A stretch of DNA of 63,558 nt, counting the filler, from Elsinoe ampelina (Eukaryota): NCBI GenBank assembly GCA_010093995.1. It is 7 parts of 7 records of this genome, joined end to end, with 100 filler letters (N's around TTAATTAATTAA, not from the genome) between each part and the next. Parts side by side here need not be neighbours in the genome. Positions count along the whole stretch, not along the records: positions 48,120 to 56,802 come from ML992580.1; positions 56,903 to 63,558 come from ML992584.1; 5 more parts are not named here. One strand, given 5' to 3'. How positions within the stretch are numbered: the stretch's first letter is position 1; every line of letters begins with the position of its first letter. Shown here in pieces: positions 49,633 to 62,900 of this stretch. The notes under the pieces are model-generated. The model saw nothing but the letters and a program-made list of their open reading frames with translations, did no database searches and was not told where the DNA came from. The position numbers and the translations under genes are program-made.

Positions 49633-51161
49633 CTATCGTGTATATTCCTTCTGGAGTAGCTTCGCGACTAAATTTAGTTGCTGGTTGCTCGTGCATACAA
49701 AACAGTCAGTAGAGCTCAAATAAAGATGGAGGAATGGCCAGAAAAGCTCAGGCGACAATCAAGACCATTACCGAGCCTCCCAAAACGACGATGGGGTGAC
49801 AAACCTTCGTAGATCTTGCCTATGAGGCTATCCCTGAAAAATTTCTCCGCAAGACCCTCTCGGACGAATCCCATGCCTCCCATCCATTCCACTGCTTGTC
49901 CAGAGACGCGGCCAGCGACCTGGCTGGAGTAGAGCTTCGCCATGGCAGCATCCTTGACGAAGTCTTCTCCGGCCTCCTTCTTCCTCGCAGCGTTATATAC
50001 GAGGGCTCGGGCGGCGCAGATCTCGACCCAGGCCTGAGCCAATTGGTGTTGCATGCCTTGGAATTCACCCACCAGCTTGCCGAATTGCTTCCGGTCATTC
50101 CAGACATAACTGGCGGCATTGCTGAAGGCGCCGAGGGCGAGACCGGTCATTTGTGCTCCAATACCGATACGACCTTCGTTAAGCAAGCCGATTGCATACT
50201 TGTAGCCATCCCCTTCCTTACCAATAAGGTTGCCCAGAGGAATTTCGACATCGTCAAAGTTGATAACACAGGTGGATGATGCCTTGATGCCGAGCTTCTT
50301 CTCCTTCTTTGCGATCGAGAAGCCCTTGGTCTCTTTTGGCACGATGAAGGCCGTGATACCCTTGTAGCCCTTGGAGGGATCGAGGTTGGCGAAGACAATG
50401 AAGAAGCCGGCCTCCATACTGTTCGTGATCCACATCTTGCTACCATTGAGTCTGTACCCGTTTGAAGACTTCTCGGCACGAGTGGCGAGCGCAAAAGCAT
50501 CGGAGCCCGAAATGGGTTCGGAAAGACAAAACGAGCCTACTCCAGGTCAGCGAGGGAGCCCTTCCTTCAACCAGGCCCATCCATGGCAGCGAGTGGGCAC
50601 AAACCGATGGTGTTCGTGGCCAGCTTCGGTAGCCACTCCTTCTTCGACTCTTGACTTCCGTACTTTATGATGAGGTTGTTGACGAGCGTATTGTGTACAT
50701 CCACCATGACGCTGACACTAGGGTCCACCCTCGCGAGCTCTTCAATCGCGACAATCGCGGCGGTGAAGTTCATGCCAGCGCCACCGAACTCTTCCGGAAT
50801 CTCGATTCCCATCAATCCTTGCTCGAACGCTCCTTCAATGATTGCCGGGTCCATCTTCTCCGCCTCGTCCATCTCCCGTACCTTGGGCAGGACCTCTGAC
50901 GTCGCCCACTTCGACACTTGCTCGGCCATCATCGTCTCGGTCTCGGAAAAGTGTGTGATCGGTGTCGGGAGGGGCTCGCTAAGGTCTGAAGGCGTTGCCA
51001 TACGCTGTGGCGCTGTAGAGGAAAGGAGACGAGCACTGAGAGAATGAGCAGTCGCTCGAACGGGCAGTACAGGAGACTTACTTTGGTCGTGCGGAAAGCA
51101 TCTGCCTCCGAAGAGGAGATGCTCGTGCCAGAGGGCGCAGAGAACGTGCTATTGAGGCCAT
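49633..51161 (-). CDS. Mitochondrial short/branched-chain acyl-CoA dehydrogenase, 4 exons
   Basis: Arg-rich presequence. Motifs GSFCLSEP..GSDA, GSKMWITN, KLGIKASST, LNEGRIGI, RKQFG, GGMGF, IYEG. Last exon TSNQQLNLVAKLLQKEYTR* at 49633-49694. Confidence 0.9.
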
Positions 51162-51953
51162 GATTGAAATGTGTATGAGACAAGGAGAGGAGAGCACTCT
51201 ACACCAAAAATGAACTCCGAATGTTAACGTTCGAGCGGCGGATTGGCATGTGAATTTGTTCCAGAAGCTCCGCTTTGCCGAGGGGCACGATCGCCCGCAG
51301 TACCATCTCCTTGGCAGATCGAACACTAATCAGCTTGCCGACAATAGCCGAGCGTCATTCTTCGGTGTCAACTCCGAGATGATGACTTCAATCTCTGTGC
51401 AAGCAGACCCAGAACTTCGCATTGACGCACGCTTGTGAATGGTGTGCTATGCAAGGGCTCACCAGTACTGAGACCGATTGGACCGAGAGGGAAAGGAACG
51501 ACAATAACATACCCACTTACCTGGCCGTACTTGTGAAGACTCATTTTCGACGAATGATCTGGTAGGACCTTCATCTAACACGTTTGACCGTATACAAGCG
51601 CGATAAGTTACGTCGTATGCCTGATACCATCACGAAATGTAACATGTATGTTGAACGACCAAAGTTCACGATGGGATGTGGTGGTTATCTAAGCAACACG
51701 CGACTTCCTCATTCAATGCAACTCGCCCACACACTTAAGAATCCGACCAGGATCATAGACTGTCCGCATCACTGCCACTCAACAATGCGAATCCTCGAAT
51801 GTGATGAAAAGGCCCATCAATTGCACCATAGTCATGATAACAGATTGCGCTTGTTGACCTGGAGACCTACCAGCATGACCTCCAATGCCAGCATGAAGGC
51901 CTTGCAGGCGATTCAGCCAACGCACCTGACAGGTATGCACGTAGCACCGCTGA

Positions 51954-53104
51954 ATGGCTCTCTCATTGCTCACAAATGTTCGTGTTTCCGAGGAGCAGCG
52001 CAGGACCAATGAGCACACAAGCGATCTTCATCAGGCAGCATTGCATGATGAAGCAGCAGACATTGTCCTGTCAGGTCAAGTCACCGATTGCAAGTACATA
52101 TTCGCCTTCATCAACAAGCTCTCGAAGATCAATATTATACTACACACCGAGTTTGCGGCAGCATGGAAACAGAATGATGTTACTCGATTGCCGCAGAAAG
52201 TTCAGGTCCGCCTGGTGTCTGGCAACTCCAGAGATCCACCAACTCCGTACTTGTGGCGTTGCAGGCAGACAGCTGGATGCACCAAATGATGTTCGAATCA
52301 TGGGCTGCGCGATATGCACGAGCTAGATTGCTCGCCTGAGTACGTGTCGAAGGACCAGGAGAAAACGGCCAGGAACGCCTTACACCTCGCCTCCAAGCCC
52401 CTAACAGGCAGTGATAGCGGGGAATTCAAGTGCGATCGACTCGGCTGCAATCACATGAGACAAGCTTGCAGAGACTATACCAGCACATTTCTGAGGTTCA
52501 CATCTTCACACCACAGCGCTGCACTGTTTCAAGATGCGACCCCGACAAGGTCTACGACACCCCGTCAAAGTGGAAGAAACACAAGCAGACCCATGGTGGC
52601 CGCTGCTCTGCACGCTGCGGTCATCCCGACTGCGAAGACGATGGTAGGACCTACAAGACCACCGACCAATTGAACCAACATCTCAAGGACAAGCATAGCA
52701 TCACCGAAGCCGAAAAACGCATCGTCTACTATCCTGGTATCACAAAACAGGTTTGGACGGTGCACCAGGACCGCGTCATGCAGCCGTGCAACAACAAAAG
52801 ATACAGGACCGAGCAGACCATAGTCTCCCATCTCGGAATTCAGCACAAGATCGGCCGAGATGAAGCCAATTCATTGGTGGACAAGCATGCGACATAGGAC
52901 ATCAGTGTCGAGCCAGCCAAGACAAAGGAGACATCGAAGAGGGAGGTTGCAGCCAAACGTGCTGAAGCTGAAGGGAAGCGCCTTAGAGGTCAGGGCAGGA
53001 AGGAGCGGAAGCAGAAGCGTTCAGCGGACCAAGCATTCTCTAACAACAGCAGCGAGGACTTCGGCCTGGGGAATTCGGATCGGCAGAGCCTTTCGGAAGG
53101 TTAG
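51954..53104 (+). pseudogene. Degenerate multi-C2H2/C2HC zinc-finger protein gene
   Basis: Finger spacings run across a TGA at 52287-52289 and a frameshift near 52449. Intact fingers CTVSRC..HKQTH and CGHPDC..HLKDKH. A further TAG lies at 52895-52897. Confidence 0.6.
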
Positions 53105-53150
53105 CAAGCCACATGCCTCGTTTATTACACTATCTCCCATAATGAGGTCC

Positions 53151-54421
53151 TCAATAGGGCTTGAACCTCTCCTTCTCTCTTTTCTCCTTCTTCCGCCGTT
53201 TCTTCTCCTTCTTGCTTTCTGCCTCATCCTCTTCGATCTCCATGCCATCTGCTCCGGCATCTGGCACAGCCCAAACTCTCACCATTCCATCCTCTCCACA
53301 ACTGATCACCGTCTTGCTCACCTCGTCAAGCAACACATCCCGCACCACCTCCTCTCCATGCCCGTCCGGCAACGACAACGCCCTCGAATGATCAAACCGC
53401 CACTTCGTCTTCCCCTCTCCCCTTACCAACGGAGTCAACCTCAACGTCTTCTCCTCCAAATGCCCGCTCGCCACCCACGTCTCCCCTGCACTCTGTAGGA
53501 TCTGCGCTACATAGCTTGCCTTCAGCTCCTCCCTCACGTCTCCATATGCTGTCAAGAGAGAATGGACATCCTCATTCTCCACATCCTCGGGCTTGCTGAT
53601 CTCATACACAGACAGGGCTTCGTCAGAGCTGATGGCGCAAATCTCGTCTTGTGAAAGGTGAGAGGCGAGATGTACGGCCGCGGAGTGGTTGAAGATCTGC
53701 TGAATGGCGTCGTCTTCTTCCGCTTGGGTGGTGTCGAAGAGAGTAAGAAGTGCGTCGGTAGAGGAGGACAGAAGGCGGTTGGTAGATGACGGGGAGAAGG
53801 AGAGGGTGGCGATGGTGTCGTTGTGGGATTCTAGGTATGATCGGAGCGGAGAGGTGATGTTGCGGACGTCCCTGGCAAGATCAGCATCACTTCATAACGG
53901 CAGTCATTACTAGGCTGAGGTAGAATCCAAGAGAAGACCTCGTGGTACACCAAGGGCAGGAGAAGAAACTTACCATACGTATACACCCACATCTCCTGGA
54001 CCATCCTTTGTGTTCTCCGTGCCAGCCGCCACGAAGTTGTCATTCACTGCAATCGCGGATATGCCTTGACCATTTGCTGATTTGAATCAGTCTTGTGCAA
54101 GCGGCCAGACGAATGTGTTTACATACGTATCGACAAAGTGCTCAGCGACGCTTCTTTCCTTTCATCCCAGACCTTTACTAGCCCATCTCTGCCAGCTGTG
54201 GCCAGAGTCTGCGAGCCCGTTACAGCAGTCAGGCTCGTGACCGACTTGTGACATTTGGAGATCTTATGCTTGACTTTGAGTGTGGTAGGATCTAGGAGTC
54301 CGATCGTGTCGTCAGATGCTATACAAGCAATGCTGTTGGACAGTCGGGCGAGAGCATAAATATAGGTATCCGGCGGCAGCGATACATTCGACGTGGCGGT
54401 CTGTTTTGCCACCGAAGCCAT
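53151..54421 (-). CDS. WD40-repeat protein (WDR89/YNL035C-like), multi-exon
   Basis: TAGRDGLVKVWD, SHNDTIATLSF, GHGEEVVRD..SCGEDGMVRVW; basic C-terminus ending RFKPY. Confidence 0.85.
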
Positions 54422-54835
54422 GACTTTTTATCTTGTGTGCAGTATCGACCTCGAATTCTTAGAGTACTCGTCATAAGCACGAGAGAAATATCTGACCCAT
54501 TGTTGCTTTTGTGCTGTAGAGTATGGTTTGCGACGGTGGACAAGGAAGAGACTTCGACAACGACACAAACTTTGTCATTTCATCGCACATCATCAAAAAT
54601 CATCGAACTCCCGAAGAACCTTTCCAGGAGTCTTTCATACGCTGTATGGACTCATACTTGAAGCCAGACGACTGATTAAAGAGCTTTCACGCAAGTGGCA
54701 GTCAGATTGACCCGCTAAAGTTGCCTGGTCTCGCGCGATATATCGTCCACCAGACGCACACAGAGATACGACAGCGACCACCGAGGTGCAATCTGGGTCC
54801 GAAGTACATGCTCGGTATTTCAGGAGCAGTGTAAG

Positions 54836-55843
54836 ATGCTTTCATTCCTTTACAAGTCCATCAACCGGCTCCTGCCATTCGCCACTCCCGGAACGCCTCT
54901 CACAACAGACCTCATCCACCTGGTAGTATTATGCGGCCTCTTGTACTACGCACCACAAATACAGACTCTCATCAAAGACAAATTTCTCAGTAACTCAGAC
55001 ACCACGCAGACACAATCACAACACGAGGTTCCCGCTGACCATGCTGCCACCAACGACCCACCACCAGATGCACCCGAGCCTCAAGCAGCCGCCCTGCCAC
55101 CGAACCACACAGCCATCAACGCCAACCCACCCAACATCGCCCAACCCGACACCCTCCCCGACACAGCCCCAGCACCACCCCCCGCCGACCCCGCCCCAGC
55201 AGACGGCGCCCCCGGCCCCGCCCACGCCCACGCCCCCGGCCCCGACCCCTCCAGCATCCGCAACCGCCAAGTCGGCGCCAAAAAAGCCAAATCGCTCGCG
55301 CGGCGCGACCAACGACGAGCGTACAACGAATTCCAACGCTCTCAAGGGGAAGCCCAACGGGCTCGAGAAGCCGAGGGCGCTGCGGAGCGAGAAGCCGCGC
55401 TGGCCGAGGAACGGGCGCGGAGAGCTGCTGTTGAAGCTGAGTTGCGGGAGGCGGAGAAGAGGGAGAGGGAAGAAAGGAAGGAACGAGAGAGGAGGGAGGA
55501 GGCGAAGGAGAGGCGGGCGAGGGAGGTTGCGGTTGGGATTGTGAGGGATGCGGTGAGGGAGAGGGGGTGGGTTGATCTTGGGGAGGTGGCGGGCAGGGTG
55601 GGGAGGGGGAGGGAGTGGTTGGAGGGGTTGGTGAGGGTGGAGGGGATGTTGGGGGAGAGGGAGGGGGAGGTGACGATGGTGACGGGGGAGGGATGGTTGG
55701 TGAGGGTCACGGAGGGGGATATGAGGGAGGTGTGGAAGATCCTGGAACAGCGGGCCAATATCAGGGATGCAGAAACCGTTGGTTTGGACGAGGTGGGACT
55801 GCTTCTGGAAAAGACTTTAAAGGCGCAAGGCGGAGTTGCTTAG
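54836..55843 (+). CDS. Membrane-anchored coiled-coil protein, DDRGK1/UFBP1-like
   Basis: N-terminal hydrophobic anchor, VGAKKAKSLARRDQRR motif, E/R-rich coiled coil, C-terminal winged-helix-like segment. Confidence 0.7.
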   Translation: MLSFLYKSINRLLPFATPGTPLTTDLIHLVVLCGLLYYAPQIQTLIKDKFLSNSDTTQTQSQHEVPADHAATNDPPPDAPEPQAAALPPNHTAINANPPNIAQPDTLPDTAPAPPPADPAPADGAPGPAHAHAPGPDPSSIRNRQVGAKKAKSLARRDQRRAYNEFQRSQGEAQRAREAEGAAEREAALAEERARRAAVEAELREAEKREREERKERERREEAKERRAREVAVGIVRDAVRERGWVDLGEVAGRVGRGREWLEGLVRVEGMLGEREGEVTMVTGEGWLVRVTEGDMREVWKILEQRANIRDAETVGLDEVGLLLEKTLKAQGGVA

Positions 55844-56802
55844 CAGCATACTAGGCTATCGGCGAGTGATCGAGACTGGAACCGCCATCTGATGCAACGC
55901 TACCCATGTTCCTCGCAAGTAGAATCTGGCTCAGCGCCGCAAAACTCTGAATCTGACTTTGAGCAACCAGACTTGCCTTGGACTCCTGGATGTGGCTTCC
56001 CGGAATGTGCTGGTCAATTCCCGACTCTGAGGGTAAGATACCAATGATCTCGAAGAGGATCATACATTGGGGAAAGTCTTGTCCGTGGACATTCTGGACG
56101 TTCCGGCACTATCAGTCCACAAGTATTGGCTTCTACGGACCTTCTCCAATGGACACCATACGCTCTAGCCTCATCAGGCAGCAAATGCTCCACCCCTATC
56201 AGGCACCATGCTGTCCAGCCTCCGATACTTGCTGCCTACCCTTCGATCCTTTCCACCAAACTTACGAGCCATATAGTACGCCTTACTGGCTGGTTCCGAC
56301 CAGACGCCTTAGCCTTCAAGGCATCCTCAGACGACTTCATGGCGAGAAAATACAACGCCTTTCCAGTACGACCGGTTTCCTGGGCAGTGGCCCGATTTTG
56401 GGACAACGTGTCCCATCGCGCTTTAAACTGGCTCAGCCGAAGGTACACTCCCATGATGTCTGCAAAATGCGAGTCCTCTCGTCCTCCAGATCTCCCCACA
56501 CCCGCTACGTTGTAGGTTGAGAAGTTCGTTGTAACAAGACCCTTCCGCTCGATGGCCGAAGCAGGCAGAGAGAACCGAACTTAACAGACCGAGTCGCTTC
56601 CTTTCACTCGCTCATCAGTACATCTCTCTCCAAATGCTCTGTCGTTGATACGCGGTTTCTCCCAAACTCCGCCCCAGCGTACCTCTCGGGCACCAGTATA
56701 CTCGACCACCCTGCGCTCATCCTCCACCATGGGTGATGTGACGAAGTTGATCATGGTGGATGATCAGGGGCGCGTCGCATGAGCTTTACGGCCACCCTGC
56801 GC

Positions 56803-56902
56803 NNNNNNNNNNNNNNNNNNNNNNNNNNNNNNNNNNNNNNNNNNNNTTAATTAATTAANNNNNNNNNNNNNNNNNNNNNNNNNNNNNNNNNNNNNNNNNN
56901 NN
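56803..56902. other. Artificial contig linker
   Basis: N44-TTAATTAATTAA-N44. Confidence 0.98.
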
Positions 56903-59900
56903 ACAGCTAAAGCGTAGAGACGCTAGGACTAATTAAACTACTAGGGTTATTACGTGACCTAGCCCGACGTTTACCTAGTTCTCTATCTTCTCTAGTAGCT
57001 CTACCCCGGGGACTATAGAGTATATAGGTTACTAGCGGACGTGTACTCTATATTGCCCCTAACTCTCGCTATAGAGTATATAGAGTACATAGAGTACATA
57101 GTAAAAAACATATATATATAGGAGTAGTTCTTACCTTATATAAGTACTATAGTTAACCTCGTCTAGATAGCGAACACTAGTATTACTAAGGCTAGCCTTT
57201 ATAATACTATCTAATTGTACTTTATTATCTATAAGATATACCTTCTCTAACTCTTACCTTAGTACTATACTACTATAGAAGTAGAACTACCTTATTCTTA
57301 GCTTAGCTTAGACTACTAGTGTAGGCTATATTTAGACAGTTCGTAACATTTTAACTACCCTTACTATAGTATAGCACGCTACGAGGTTAATAAGTAACTC
57401 TTGCTCTAAGTTACTATTAGCATCTTTAATCGCTAGTAAGCTAGGAAAGCTTACTATTAACGACATGTCTACTACTAGTTTAACCTCGGGCAAACATAGA
57501 AGGTCTTTTAGTATAGAAGGACAGAGTAAGCCTAAGTTAGAAGTAGAACTCTTCTATAGGGACTACGCTTACTTAAGGCGCTTCCTTGTTTAACTTAAAG
57601 CCTTCTTTACCCTAGAGGGAGATAAGTACGCTAACGACGCAGCAAAGGTCCTCTATGCTAGGATACACCTTAAAGGCGCCGCCTTCGAGTAGTTTAAGCC
57701 TTATATAAGTAGCTACCTAGATAGATAACTAGGCCTAGATATAAAGGCTATTTTTAAGAGCTTTAGCATCTTCTAGGCAAAGATTAAGCAAGTCTTTAAC
57801 GTATCTAATAAGGAACGCGTCGCTATAATAAAGATCTAACAACTATAACAACGTAGGTCTATAGCCTAGTACTATTCCTAGTTCTAACAACTCGTAATGT
57901 ATCTAGACTAGAACGATAGTACTAAACACTTAGTATTCTATTAAGGACTAAGCAACTTAGTTAAAAACTAAATAATACCCGAGCTGCCTAATAGCCTTTA
58001 GGAATTAGTAGATACTATAATTATTATCGACAATAGACTTTATAAACAACATATAGAACGTTATAGAGAATATAAGATAAATACTAGATATACGCGTTTC
58101 TCTCGAAACTATAGAGACCCTATAGAACTTAATACTATACGCGAAGGCTACCTCTTATAGGTACAAGGCTATAGCTATAGAGGAAAGTTCCTTAGTAGAA
58201 AAGAGAGAGAGAAGTATAGATAAGACAACTTATATTTTAAGTATAAAAGACCTAGGCATCGGGCTAGGGACTACTAACAAGAGGCGCTAGCCGATAGATT
58301 ATATATAATAGTTGCTGGGCTAGTAGAGAAAAAGGCTAATACTACTATAGAAGACCTAACGACCTTTAGCGTAGGTAAGGAAACATAGAAGAAGTCTATA
58401 ATAACTCGAGAGGTAGTAGAATCCTCTCCGGATGTTATACTTAATATCTCTACAACTAATAGTAAATAACAAAGCTAATATATAATGCTATTATAGATAG
58501 TATATTACAATAACTCTTGTTATATTTACTTATTAGACAAGTAGGGATCTAGTTAGTTCCTATATAAGCTGTCTAAGTATAGGCAACTAACAAAATAGCT
58601 AGACTAGAAACTCGACCTAGAAGAGCTCCCTATAATTAGTAGTAATAGTAACTAACCTTAAAAGGTAGTTAGTAACAATTACTAATATACGATTATCGAG
58701 ATGAAGTATTAGAACGTAAGTACTATATAATAATATAGTAGCCTTACCTTTAGCTCTTATAGCGAACTATAAGGAAAGGTATATTATATGTCGCTCTAGA
58801 AATGTACAAATCTAAATTATAAATAGTACTATACTATCTACTTACACGATGTACTTAGAGAAGAGACTATTAGTCTTAAATACACTATAGACTTCTTAGT
58901 AATTAAAATAGATAGTACTATCCCCTATAGCTAAGTAAGAAAATATACTTAGTGTAGCCTTACTAACTATAACTATACTAGGGGTAGTAGCGACGAAGAG
59001 AAATATAACAAAGAATATACTAAATAACTATAATATAACAACATAGATAAGGACTTATCTAATAACAACAACGACGACAACAATGTGCTACTACTAGGCA
59101 GACGACTTAAAGTATACCTTATAGGGATATAGAGGAATTATATAATAATATACACCTACTACTAGAATAGGACACGACAAGATAAATCTATATAACTTGT
59201 TTTTGTCTTTAATGCTAACGCCTAGCTACACCTAGAAGAAATAGTTATACTAATATAGGTATATAACACTACTTAGTGTAACTAGTAGAGAATTATTAGA
59301 CTTTATAGTCACTAAGGGACTTAGGCGCTAGAAGTTTACCTTACTATATTAAATAGCGATAAAACACAACTTGCCTAATAGATATAGTACTAATAGTAGA
59401 TACGTGTAGAAAGGGATTAGCTACTTATCTAAGGAGCTATAATAACAAAAAACTAGCTAGTTGTCACCTAATAAGGCAAGACAATAACACTAGCTAAAGC
59501 CTTAATATAATAAAGATCTACACGTTAAACTACTTTATACTAGAAGTTAAAATATAAGAGAGTAAGGTAAGAGTAATAATAGATTCGGGAGCTAACTATA
59601 GCTACGTCTCTATAATAGTTACTAATTAGCTTAAACCTTATTAACACTAGAAGGAGTTACCTTACCTACTTACTATAGCAGATAGAACCCCTATAGAAAA
59701 GAACAGAAAAGTCACTTAGGAACTATAAAATGTTATAATTAAAATTAAAATATATATAGAAAAACGATTAATCGATATAGTAGATATATAGTATAATATA
59801 GTACTTAGCATAGACTAGCTTTAATAACATAATCTAGACGTAGACTAGATTAAAGAAACACTTGAATTTCCTAAGTATAATTATAGAACGTAGGGAGCAT

Positions 59901-62900
59901 AATTAGCTCTGCGGATACTAACTATAAGAATAGTATAGATACGACTAATAGTTAGAGCTATCGCTAGCGTAAGTAATTAAGCACTTCTACCGAAATATAA
60001 AGACTTCGAGGACTTATTTAAAGAAAGAAAAGATATTATAGCCTTACTCTAATATAAACTATAGAATTATAAAATACTCTTTAAAGAGAGTAAATCCCTA
60101 ATACACTATTAAGGTCTTATACTACTATTAAAACAAGAGGAGAATATTCTTAAGGACTATATCGATAAGCACTTACTTAAAGGATTTATATAACTATTAA
60201 AATTACCTATTGCGCACGAAGTGCTTTTTATACCTAAAAAGGATAGGATGTTATAAATATGTATTAATTACTAGAAACTTAATATACTTACTAGGAAGAA
60301 TTACTATCCTCTACTAAGAATTAACAAACTTTAAGACTAACTACTTAGAGCTAAATAGTTTACTATAATTAATATTAGAGACGCCTATTATTAAGTATAA
60401 ATAAAGAAGAGTAAGAAGTAAAAGATAGCTTTTAGGACGTAATAGAGTCTATATAAGTACCTTGTTATACCCTTTAGGTTAACTAACACTCCTATAACCT
60501 TCTAAGAGTTAATTAATAACACTCTATAAGAATACCTTAACAACTTTGTCTTAGCATATTTAGATAATATTATTATCTTCTTAAAGACGTATAATAAACA
60601 TATAGGACATATTTATAAAGTGCTATAGAAACTAAAAGAAAAAGACCTACTAGTAAAGCTCTCTAAGTACAAGTTTTAAAAACATAAGATACAATTTCTA
60701 AGCTATGTTATATCTACTAACAGCATCGGACCCGACCTAAAAAAGATTAAGTTAGTAAACGACTAGCTAGAACCTACTACAGTTAAGGAGGTTTAAGCGC
60801 TACTAGAGTTCTTTAACTACTACTATAAGTTTGTTAAAGAATTCTCTAAGGTAGCTACGCTAATATCTAACCTTATAAAGAAAGAAACTAGATTTATCTT
60901 CGATAAGAAATGTAAGTAGGCCTTTAAGGAGCTAAAGCTTAGACTTATAATAGTACCTATCCTAGCACTCTTCGACCTAGACTAATAAGCACTACTAGAA
61001 ACGGATGCCTTAGACTTTGTAATAGGAGCGTGTCTAGCGTAGAAGGACGCGGAAGAACAATACTACCTAATTGTATATTACTTACGAAAAATAACTAGAC
61101 CTAAACTTAACTACGACATATACGATAAGGAGTTACTTGCGATTATAGAGGTATTCTACAAATAGAGAGTATACCTAGAAGGAACGACCTTACCTGTGTA
61201 AGTCTATACCGACTATAAGAACCTATTATATTAGACAATAACTAAGGTTCTTAATAGACAACAGGTTTAATAGTTAGAAACACTTATAAGCTATAACTTT
61301 TAGATCTACTATGTTAAGGAATTAGAGAATAGTAGAGTAGATACTCTTAGCCGACAACTGGATTACTTAAAGAACATAATAATAATAGAGGCCTCTATAC
61401 TAAAGTAGTAAGATAGTGCTCTAGTCTATAAGCACCCGAAGGTAAAGTAGTTATATAGCCTTACCTAGGAGCTTACGTAAGAATAGAAGAAAGAAGTTAT
61501 TTAAATACACTATAATAACCTAATAGTAGAGCATAGTAGGATCGATAAGACTATTAAACTTATTATATAAAACTACCTATAGAAAGGACTCTAAAACGAT
61601 ATTAAGACGTATATTGCCGTATACGATATATGCTACAAGTCTAAGCACTTACGATACAAGCTATATAGCCTATTATAACCCTTACTACCACTAGATAAAC
61701 TATAGCAATTAGTTACGATAGACTTTATAGGACCTTTACCGCTATTAGAAGAACCTCTTATAGGTATAAAGTATAATAGTATCCTAGTCCTAGTAGATAG
61801 GTTTACGAAGTATTACTACTTTGTACTATATAAGACAATAGTAACTACCGAGGATATAGTCTTTACCTTCCTTCGAATAATTGTTTTATAATATAGAGTA
61901 CTACGAGACCTAATAACTAATAGAGATAAGCTATTTACGTCACAATTCTAGTAATCATTTATAGATCTAATAGAAGTTAAATATAAGCTATTAACCTCCT
62001 TTTATCTATAGACGGACAGACAAACTAAATAGGCAAATTAAGTACTAGAGTAGTACCTACGATACTACCTAAACTATAAGTAAGACTTATAGGCGACGCT
62101 ATTACTGCTCGTAGAGCTCGCTATTAATAATAGAAAGTTAGTAAATAGAATTTCACTATTCTACGTAAACTATAGAATATACCCGGATCTACACTATAAC
62201 ATACTCAAAATTAAGCTAATATCTAAGGACGCTAACATACTAGTAGCTAATATTAAGAAACTATATAACTAGCTATACTACGATATAGCATTTATATTAC
62301 AAAGAATAGTAGAGTTTGCTAACTAGAAGAGAATTATAGGACTAATTCTATAGGAGGGAGAGAAAGTTTACCTCCTTAGTAAAAACATTAAAACGAAGTA
62401 ACTAAGTAAGAAACTTAACTATACTAAGCTAGGACCCTTTAAGATCCTAGAAAAGAAAAACAAGAACGTATATAAACTAGAACTACTAAGACATATAAGG
62501 ATCTATCTAGTCTTTTATATATTACTACTAGAGAAAGCACTATAGAATACTATACCTAGACCTATCGAACTAGATAAAGAAACATAAGAGCTATAGTACA
62601 AGATCGAAAGAGTTTTATATTATAAACTTATAAAAGGAAAACGCTACTATCTTATTTACTAGAAGGGACATTAGTATAGCGAAGTAATATAGGAACTAGA
62701 GGAGTACCTTACCTCGTAAGTAATTCTAGATTACTAGATCGAGAACCTATCCTAAGTAAACCGACTAGACGGACCTAGCACTCTAAACACTAAATAAAAA
62801 CAAGGACGCCTAAGGAAGATTACTTAACTAATAGAAGCACCTTAATCGTTACTAAGTAAGAAACTCTAATCGGAGTTAGGCATAAATAATTACTAGTTCT

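Noticed and set aside
55851..56802. Overlapping ORFs on both strands at the contig end
   Set aside because: No recognisable domain or splice-consistent model.
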